From assembly GCA_019429125.1 (NCBI GenBank), contig JAHYJO010000014.1, positions 1-10,234 of the forward strand: a stretch of DNA of 10,234 nucleotides. Direction: 5' to 3'. How positions within the stretch are numbered: position 1 is the stretch's first letter; the number at the start of each line of letters is the position of its first letter. The notes under the pieces were generated by a model. That model made no database searches. It worked only from the letters and a program-made list of their open reading frames with translations, and was not told where the DNA came from. Below are positions 1-6,800 of the stretch, in pieces. The position numbers were made by a program, and so were the translations under genes. This stretch comes from Nanobdellati archaeon. GTDB taxonomy: Archaea > EX4484-52 > GLR71.

Positions 1-2
1 AA

Positions 3-104
3 GTGTTAGAAAGAACAGTAAAACCTTTTGGAACTTCTGCAAAATTAGATGTGCCTAAGAAATATTTAGGCAAAAGGACATATGTTTTAATTTTGGAGGA
101 GTAA
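3..104 (+). CDS. 3' end of a DUF2080-like transposon-encoded small protein (accessory ORF of ISA1214-type IS), 5'-truncated by the window edge
   Basis: Frame +3 reads VLERTVKPFGTSAKLDVPKKYLGKRTYVLILEE-TAA(102-104). It matches the V-K-P-F-G-x-S-A-K-x-D-V-P-K-K-Y-x-G-K-R-x-Y-V-x-I pattern I recognise from DUF2080 and ends just before a terminal repeat. Not in the ORF track. Confidence 0.85.
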   Translation: MLERTVKPFGTSAKLDVPKKYLGKRTYVLILEE

Positions 105-116
105 TCCTCCTATTTT
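95..116 (+). terminator. Hairpin plus T-run at the end of the DUF2080 gene
   Basis: GGAGGA-GTAA-TCCTCC (95-110): perfect 6-bp stem with a GNRA loop containing the stop codon, followed by TATTTT. Confidence 0.45.
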
Positions 117-127
117 GTCCCACAGCC
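112..127. repeat. IS terminal repeat, copy 1 (GGCTGTGGGACAAAAT on - strand)
   Basis: 16/16 identical to 3129-3144, in the same orientation. Confidence 0.9.
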
Positions 128-714
128 CCTTTTTCAGCTTGATTAATATTCATAGAATGTGAAAACATAGAACTAAGGTCATATATCAATTGATTACTTT
201 CATCTGTGAGCTTTTTAAATATTAAGCTTTGAGCTCCACGATCAATACCAATCCGATGTAATATCTTTGATATATTTTTTGGATTTAATTTTGGATTGAT
301 GTGTTCTAGATTATATAATTTATCCCAGGAATCATTTGCTCGTTTTATTGGCATGTAACCATTTACACGAAGCATAGCTAAAGAATAGATTTCTTCCCAG
401 CAATCAGGAAATGCATCTTTAAGTACTGGTTTTAATGGTTCTATCGCTCTATGTAATAACATAGAATTACCATATTCTTTTATTGTTCTTATATCTGATG
501 AGGTAATCTCTTTTTGTTTATTCGCTATCAATAGTCCTTTATACTTATCTAATTTACCTACATATTTTGAGACTTTTTTTGTTTTTTTATCCGTTTTATC
601 CCACTGGGTTGTAGAATTATAAACATAATAATTTTTGCCAATTAGTTTTATTTCAAGACACTGTTTACCCTGTTGCCTTTGTCCATCCAACCACGTTTTT
701 GCCCAGTCTTCCAT
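128..714 (-). pseudogene. IS1634-family transposase, N-terminal ~195 aa only, interrupted at 128/127
   Basis: LEIKLIGKNYYVYNSTTQWDK..KKVSKYVGKLD, IKEYGNSMLL and LIYDLSSMFSHS..INQAEKG (first catalytic Asp region) are typical of archaeal IS1634 transposases. After AEKG the frame reads into the ISA1214-type terminal repeat, so the last ~23 aa of ORF 55..714 are non-homologous read-through. Confidence 0.82.
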
Positions 715-734
715 AATCCCTATTTAGGGATTAT
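713..734. promoter_or_regulatory. Perfect 10-bp inverted repeat overlapping the IS1634 transposase start codon
   Basis: ATAATCCCTA-TT-TAGGGATTAT; the ATG (CAT 712-714) overlaps the left arm. A regulatory function is inferred. Confidence 0.5.
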
Positions 735-738
735 ATAT

Positions 739-754
739 TTACTCAACTTTTGCG
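739..754. repeat. Terminal inverted repeat of the IS701-family element (transposase 3' end)
   Basis: TTACTCAACTTTTGCG, exact reverse complement of 1975-1990. Confidence 0.92.
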
Positions 755-1987
755 TTAATTATCAAATAATTGATTAATCGATATATTTTTGTTCATAATC
801 AATTCTATTGTTTTTCTTTCAAAAAATTCTTTTATTTTCAAACACATTTTCGCAATCGATAAATACCTTTTGGAGCAATTATCTTTCAGACAATTATTCA
901 TTTTTAGCAAATTGTATGCAAGAGAAACCAGGTGTAGGTGTCTAACTACTCCTCGGCGTTTTCTTAACTGCAATTTGCCTAAACCTAAACAATTTTTAGT
1001 ATCTTTATGAAATTGCTCGATACTAAATCGTTTTTGATACTGTTTGAGAAGTGTGTCATTTGAAACATCAATAATATTTGTAATAACACAATTCCAGTCT
1101 TCCCATTCCCGTTTATTTTTATGTTTTCTTCGATTAAACAATAATCGTTTATCTCCAACAGACTTTATGTTTACAAGTATCGATTTTGTTTGATATTTAT
1201 AATCCTCAATTGAAAAATCAATTGTATCTTTAATTGTTTTTGTAAATTCATTTACATTCGAAATTTCTCCTTCAAACACAAATTTTCGGTTAGATTTTGT
1301 TGCAATAATATATTTTACTCCATGTTTTTCAATAAAATTTAAAATTTCTTTACTACAATACCAACTATCAATTAAGACTATGCTAGGTTTATGATATTTG
1401 AATGCTTTATCTAATATTTCAATAGCGAGATCAATCTTTGTTTTAAATTTTAATTCATCGTTACAATTTTCTTCTTTTGTATAAATATCAGTCATAAATG
1501 AATAAAACTGATTGTTCAGGACATATCCAGAAGTTATAATCTGTTGACCAAATAGATATGTATTTGTCGAGTGATCATAATGTTTTCCAGAAGAAGAAAT
1601 ATATTTTCCATATTTTTTCAAAAGACTATCATCTACTACAAAAAAACAAAATTTATTTAGCAACTTCTTTTTTTTCAATAATGTTTTTGTACCATCTGTA
1701 AAATCATCTTTTAACCACGGATATTCTGTAAGAAATCGATTTTGATTTGATTGATCTGTCTTTTCTAAATACTGATTTGTTATTCCATCAACGGTCTTGT
1801 TATCGGAAATAATAAGACCCGTTATGTATCTTTCAAAAAGTCCAAAACTTCTTTTGTAAAAATTTGGTCGAAAAGCATTTAAGTCTGAATGCCATAAATC
1901 TATGTTAGATAGTGTTGTTTTCATGTGTCTCAAAACTATTTGGACGCAACACTATTTACTATTTTCCTAAAAACCGCAAAAGTTGAG
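742..1987 (-). mobile_element. IS701-family insertion sequence, apparently complete (~1246 bp)
   Basis: Single transposase ORF bounded by CTCAACTTTTGCG (742-754) and CGCAAAAGTTGAG (1975-1987), with TA on both flanks (740-741, 1988-1989). The inverted match extends to 16 bp (739-754/1975-1990) if the flanks are counted. Confidence 0.88.
755..1933 (-). CDS. IS701-family DDE transposase (start TTG 1933 or ATG 1924)
   Basis: Uninterrupted 392-aa ORF with FVVDDSLLKKYG..YDHS, FKTKIDLA, VLIDSWY and YQKRFSIEQFHKDTKNCLGL (DDE triad and YREK-like signature). The stop abuts the terminal repeat. Confidence 0.88.
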   Translation of the reverse strand: MRHMKTTLSNIDLWHSDLNAFRPNFYKRSFGLFERYITGLIISDNKTVDGITNQYLEKTDQSNQNRFLTEYPWLKDDFTDGTKTLLKKKKLLNKFCFFVVDDSLLKKYGKYISSSGKHYDHSTNTYLFGQQIITSGYVLNNQFYSFMTDIYTKEENCNDELKFKTKIDLAIEILDKAFKYHKPSIVLIDSWYCSKEILNFIEKHGVKYIIATKSNRKFVFEGEISNVNEFTKTIKDTIDFSIEDYKYQTKSILVNIKSVGDKRLLFNRRKHKNKREWEDWNCVITNIIDVSNDTLLKQYQKRFSIEQFHKDTKNCLGLGKLQLRKRRGVVRHLHLVSLAYNLLKMNNCLKDNCSKRYLSIAKMCLKIKEFFERKTIELIMNKNISINQLFDN

Positions 1988-1990
1988 TAA
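1975..1990. repeat. Terminal inverted repeat of the IS701-family element (transposase 5' end)
   Basis: CGCAAAAGTTGAGTAA, exact reverse complement of 739-754. Confidence 0.92.
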
Positions 1991-2076
1991 TTTCTTGATT
2001 TTTTACTAAACTAGATTCATTTTGGAATAAAAATAAGACTAAATTTCTCTTTTTTTATAATTTTTCTAAATTATAG

Positions 2077-2592
2077 CCCAACTGTCAAATTCATTTGGCT
2101 AATTTTGGTGAATTTTTTAATTTTTATTCTAAATTAAATCTGAATTTCAATATAAATCAAACCATATAACTTATTTTAATTTTGGCATATAAACTGTCAA
2201 ATAGAGTATTAAAAAATAAGTGAAAAAACATAATAAACGAAATCAATAGGTATACTAATGCCTGTCAAATACAGTATTTAAAAAACACTAAAAAAATAAA
2301 AAATGTGTATTTGTTTAGCTAATTTTTGTCTTGCTTAATTTTAATTTTTTAAGAGATAACTACTATTTTTTGAAATAATTATATTTACACTTTTTTAAGT
2401 TGGGTGCAAGCTATCGATTTTATAAAAATATAATTAAATAATTTTTAAGATTTTTTAACAACACATTTTTAAGCGTTAGCTATTGATTTTGTAACAATTA
2501 TAACTTATTAAGAATCACACCATAACGGCCGGAGCATATTGATTATTTTTGTGCTAAACAAGTACAAAAATGTCAGAAATGTCAAAGTTGGG
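2077..2592. repeat. Non-coding AT-rich block with short dispersed repeats; possible MITE or IS-end remnant
   Basis: CTGTCAAAT at 2082, 2194 and 2262 (the last two extend to CTGTCAAATAsAGTATT). AGCTATyGATTTTrTAA at 2409 and 2478. CCCAACT at 2077 is inverted against AGTTGGG ending at 2404 and at 2592. Confidence 0.4.
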
Positions 2593-2594
2593 TT

Positions 2595-3125
2595 CTAACT
2601 ATTAAAGAACATTATGCTTCATCGGCACAAAAGTTAAAAGAAGATGGTAAAAAAACTACAAAAAAACGAAAAGTATTTTTTACATTTGCTTTAATGGATG
2701 TCGAAAAAAGATTATATATCACATAGGTAACCAGCTTCAAAAGTGAAAAAGATGCATATAATCAAGCAATTGAAATGCTTAATCATTTGGATATTGACTT
2801 AAACTCTATTCGTTTAGATAGATATTACAGCGGACAAAGTACAGTAAAGTTCTTTACAGAACAATTCGAAGACATAAAATGTTATTTGATACCTAAAAAA
2901 AATGTTACCGTTAAAGGAAATTTTGATTGGAAACGAATGTTGGAATAGTTTATTAATGACACACAAAATTATTTAGGTGACTATTTCAAGAGAAATCAGT
3001 CTGAGAGCGGTTTTTCTGAAGATAAACGAAGATTAGGTTGGCGAATTCCTCAAAAATTACCGAATCGAGCAGATCTAGCTTATTTTGCAATAATTGCATG
3101 GCACAATCTATTCTGGATAGGATAA
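2595..3125 (+). pseudogene. ISNCY (ISA1214-group) transposase, 5'-truncated with two in-frame stops
   Basis: Frame +3: LTIKEHYAS..FFTFALMDVEKRLYIT*VTSFKSEKDAY..SIRLDRYYS..LIPKKNVTVKG..WKRMLE*..YFKRNQSESGFSEDKRRLGWRIPQK..WHNLFWIG-TAA. TAG at 2724 and 2946. The first catalytic DxTGY motif expected just before LTI is missing. Not in the ORF track. Confidence 0.85.
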
Positions 3126-3128
3126 TGA

Positions 3129-3144
3129 ATTTTGTCCCACAGCC
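3129..3144. repeat. IS terminal repeat, copy 2 (right end of the ISA1214-type remnant)
   Basis: ATTTTGTCCCACAGCC, 3 bp after the transposase stop; identical to 112-127. Confidence 0.9.
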
Positions 3145-3150
3145 TGTTAT

Positions 3151-3170
3151 GACAAAACTTGTATATATTA
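3151..3170 (+). promoter_or_regulatory. Putative archaeal BRE/TATA promoter of the 3190 gene
   Basis: GACAAAAC followed by TTGTATATAT about 20-30 bp upstream of the ATG, with no Shine-Dalgarno. The spacing fits a leaderless transcript (inference). Confidence 0.4.
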
Positions 3171-3189
3171 GACCCTAACAAATATAGTC

Positions 3190-3723
3190 ATGGCTGAAAA
3201 TAAAGTATATTTCTATTTATTTATTGTAACTATTCTTATCAGTTCTATTTCTGTAATCTATGCAACACCAGAACAACAAGTGGATGTATTGATCCGTCTT
3301 GATGGTTCTGGTTTATTTTCAAAATCTGATGCTGATGACAATTATGTCACCTCAGACTATCTTCCTGATACGCTTATAGGTCTTGTCCATGTATCTGGAG
3401 ACTTTACAAGTGTAGTTACAGGTTCAAATAGCATGGCTTTACAAAACAAAATTGGTTCAAAAACATATCTTGTATACACAAAAGGTGACAGGTATGATAT
3501 TAACTCAAAAATAAAACAGTTACAGTCTGGTGACTTTGAAAAGATGCCAAACCCAAGTTTTGGTTTTCCAATATCAAAAAAACACACAATCTCTATCGAG
3601 TTATATTATGAACATATAGATTTATTCAGCAAAGAAACTTTTAGTACTGGTTTTAATGATTTAATAATTAAAAATTTGGGTAAATTTGGTGACCAAACTA
3701 TTATTGACGTAAAAAGTAATTAA
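3190..3723 (+). CDS. Hypothetical secreted or membrane-anchored protein, 177 aa
   Basis: N-terminal K followed by a hydrophobic stretch (VYFYLFIVTILISSISVIYA), then a beta-rich domain containing PNPSFGFP and ending GFNDLIIKNLGK..TIIDVK. Confidence 0.85.
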   Translation: MAENKVYFYLFIVTILISSISVIYATPEQQVDVLIRLDGSGLFSKSDADDNYVTSDYLPDTLIGLVHVSGDFTSVVTGSNSMALQNKIGSKTYLVYTKGDRYDINSKIKQLQSGDFEKMPNPSFGFPISKKHTISIELYYEHIDLFSKETFSTGFNDLIIKNLGKFGDQTIIDVKSN

Positions 3724-3765
3724 TTTTAATTATTGAAATATCTATTTTTTAAAGTTAACTTTTTG
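3724..3765 (+). terminator. T-rich tract, possible archaeal terminator
   Basis: Runs of TTTT, TTTTTT and TTTTT directly downstream of the TAA at 3723. Confidence 0.3.
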
Positions 3766-3820
3766 TCCATAAATATATTAGGTTTTTACTGTGGTAACAG
3801 CTCCCAAAGCACTGTTTTTA

Positions 3821-3857
3821 AGATATTATATATACCCCCAACACTAAAATATAAATA
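3821..3857 (+). promoter_or_regulatory. Candidate TATA boxes for the giant ORF
   Basis: TTATATATA (3826-3834) and TATAAATA (3850-3857) upstream of the open frame that begins at 3868. Confidence 0.35.
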
Positions 3858-3870
3858 ATAATTTTAAAAT

Positions 3871-6800
3871 CTGGCTGATGTATATTTTGAATTAGAATTG
3901 TATGACAAATTTGTGTGGTTGAATCGTTTGGAATCTGGTATAGTTAGTTCGAGTAAAATAGTTTCAGATATAGTCTCTTATAGTCTCGACTTTAAGCCAA
4001 AAGACAATTCCGATAATACACAAATATATAAGGTATCTGGAAACGAAAAAACAAACACCCAGACCTCAAAAGTTATAAAATTTTCATTCATTTTATTTAT
4101 TATTTCTTTAATGTTTGTAAGTTTTATTAATTTAAATCCTACAGAAAATCAAGAAGCAACATCTAAAAATATAGACACATCAAGATTAATAGATTCCGCT
4201 TCAATAAAAAATACTGACAATTTTCCAGAAAAAATAAATATTAAAGTCGGTGACTCAAAAAGTTATGCAACTTTTGATGAAGTTCAATCAAAAACAATCA
4301 ACATCAAAAAGACACCAACTCTTGTCACAACCCCCAACCTAAAACAAAAGATTGAAAAGACAACAAATCTGAAAATAAATGATTTTATCTGGGTTGAGAC
4401 AGATAATTTTGTCCCAGAATCAACAGGTGGAAAAATAATCCTTTCATCAATAGGCCAAAAAACTTTCAAATGTGATGGCACAATTGACAATCCAGATTGT
4501 TTTGAGATTGACTCTTGCGCAACCTCCCAAAAACCATGTTACAAATATGACAGTGGAAAAACAATAATTTACGTCAATCATTTTTCAGGCGCATTCAACA
4601 CCCTGACCTGGACTACGGATGCAGATTGGAATGAGGGTACACGGGTAAACATATCATCAGAATCAAATAGTTTCGGTTTATGTTGGGATGGTGGTCTTTA
4701 CTGTAATTGGAATTACAGGAAAGCAATAAATGTATCATCAACATCTGCACTTACAGATTATCAGATAAACATTTCAGTAATCTGGGATTCAGACATGCAG
4801 GACAACTTTGAAGACCTAAGATTTACATATTACAATATAACAAATGCAACTGAGATAGAATTACCATACTGGATTGAATTAAACTACTCACAAGACAATG
4901 CAACTGTCTGGATAAAGACAAATAAGACATCTGGTGACAATACAGTTTATATGTATTATGGGAATGCAACTGCGACAAGCGAGAGCAATGGCAGTGATGT
5001 ATTTGTATTTTTTGATGATTTTGATGATGGTGATATATCTGACTGGGCAAAGACAACATATTACTTGACAGTGGGCAGTTCTTTCTCTGCTGACACATCA
5101 TATTATAATAGTCCTGATTATAGTCACAAGATATATAATAAGGGAGATTGTTATAATTATCCTTATTCGGGTGGGGAGACACGTATGTCAAAAACAATAA
5201 CTTTTGAAGGTGGAGAATATATAATGGGATTTATAGAACGTATCGGTACATCTCAATGGGGGTATTGTGGGCATGGTACTGGTTATGGTAGTTTTTCTAT
5301 GGTATATATTAATGATGTTAATTATTATTCTCGTAAATGTAATACTGATTGTACTTATGTGATTTGTGATTCGACTAAAGATTCATTTAATTTCACTAGT
5401 GTTTCTGGAACACAAAAAATATCAATATCAAATAGACCTGTTGATTGTTCTTATGGTTATAGTTGGTTTGATGATTTGTATATTCATAAATATATTCAAA
5501 ATATTCCTGTAATTTCATTCGGTGCAGAACAGACTCTGTATACTGGTCAGTACACATCAAATTTGATAACTTCTCAATATGCAATAACAAGAATAAAACC
5601 TATATGGAACTCAACTGAGCAAGATGCAAACAAGAACATAACTGTTGAAATATCCGCAGACAATGGCACAACGTGGTTAATTGCTACAAATAATACAAAT
5701 CATACAACTGGTGGAAGTATAGGTGCCGGAAACGAACTTATATTTAGAATAAGCATATCAACAAATGACTCAAAAATATCCCCAAAATTCCATGATATTA
5801 CGTTAGAATACGATACTGATTCCTGTGTACCTTTAACAGATTGGCAGATAAATGATACAATTTCATGTATGGATATACAGTCCTTTCAGAAAGTAAATTT
5901 AAATTTAGGTTCATCTGCATCAATCACATTCACAAACGTATCTTTTAATATAGAAAGATTAGTTGTAGAACAAGGTGCAACCCTAAAAATCGAAAACTCA
6001 AAAAATACAGTCATCCAAAACGGCAACCTGACAGTTGCAGGAACCCTATGGATAAACTCAACAACCTATAAGATTAACGGCACCTCAGACGGCAATATTG
6101 GAATAAATCTAACCTCAACCGGATCCCTATACATCATCAACAACTCAAACATCACAAATGGCGCAGATGTCATAGGTGGCAATGAAACTGCTCATTTCTT
6201 CTTCATCGTGAACGCCGGCAGCAATTTCAGCATGAACGATTCTTATCTTAGCAAGGTCGGATACGATGGCTCCGAGAATCATAAAGGTCTCTTCATTGAA
6301 ACAGATAATATCTACATAACAAACAGCACAATAAAAGACAGTTACATAGGCCTTTACCTTAACTATTCAAACAACAACATCATTTTAAACAGCACAATAA
6401 CAACCTCAGGCCAAAACGCATACGGCATATATCTACACTCATCATCCAACAACAACATAACTGGGGGCTCAATCTTATCATCATCAAGTTATAATTATTA
6501 CCTAAGAGACTCAAACACCAACAACAACTTTACAAACACCAATTTCACAGCTCCAAGAAAAATTTACTTCTATGACACAACAACTTCATTCAACTACAAC
6601 AATCAGACCGACGGCAACATCCAATTAAAAACAACAGTTTCACAACAAGGAGAGATTCAAAGAAGTCTAGAGACTTGGTCACAATCCAATATGCAATGGA
6701 ATGACACAAACAACACAGCAGGAATTATCAGCACATACAACCTAACTGGACTAATCCCAAACTTCAAATACACAATAACAAACACATCAAACTCTCAAAC

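Larger units (their letters stand above)
1..127. mobile_element. End of an ISNCY (ISA1214-group) insertion sequence; the rest lies left of the window
   Basis: DUF2080 tail followed by ATTTTGTCCCACAGCC (112-127), identical to the 16-mer that closes the ISA1214-like transposase at 3129-3144. IS1634 coding sequence abuts at 128. Confidence 0.8.

Noticed and set aside
55-127. C-terminal AVGQNRRITPPKLKHMSFCLNIS of ORF 55..714
   Set aside because: Read-through into the neighbouring IS end, antisense to the DUF2080 gene; not part of the real transposase.
789-1010. 73-aa + strand ORF
   Set aside because: Antisense shadow of the IS701 transposase with no recognisable motif.
1990-2592. Replication origin or CRISPR array
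   Set aside because: No ORB-like G-string boxes and no cdc6/rep or cas gene; the repeats are short, irregularly spaced and embedded among IS remnants.
2724-2948. Two in-frame TAG codons as a sign of amber recoding or pyrrolysine
   Set aside because: The gene is also 5'-truncated, and no TAG occurs in ~2100 codons of the giant ORF or in the other intact genes; decay is the simpler explanation.
3357-3587. 76-aa - strand ORF
   Set aside because: Antisense to the well-formed 3190-3723 gene.
3761-3815. TTTTGTCC and CTGTGG resembling the IS terminal repeat, plus a weak AACAG/CTGTT stem
   Set aside because: Only 5-8 bp matches in AT-rich DNA; expected by chance.
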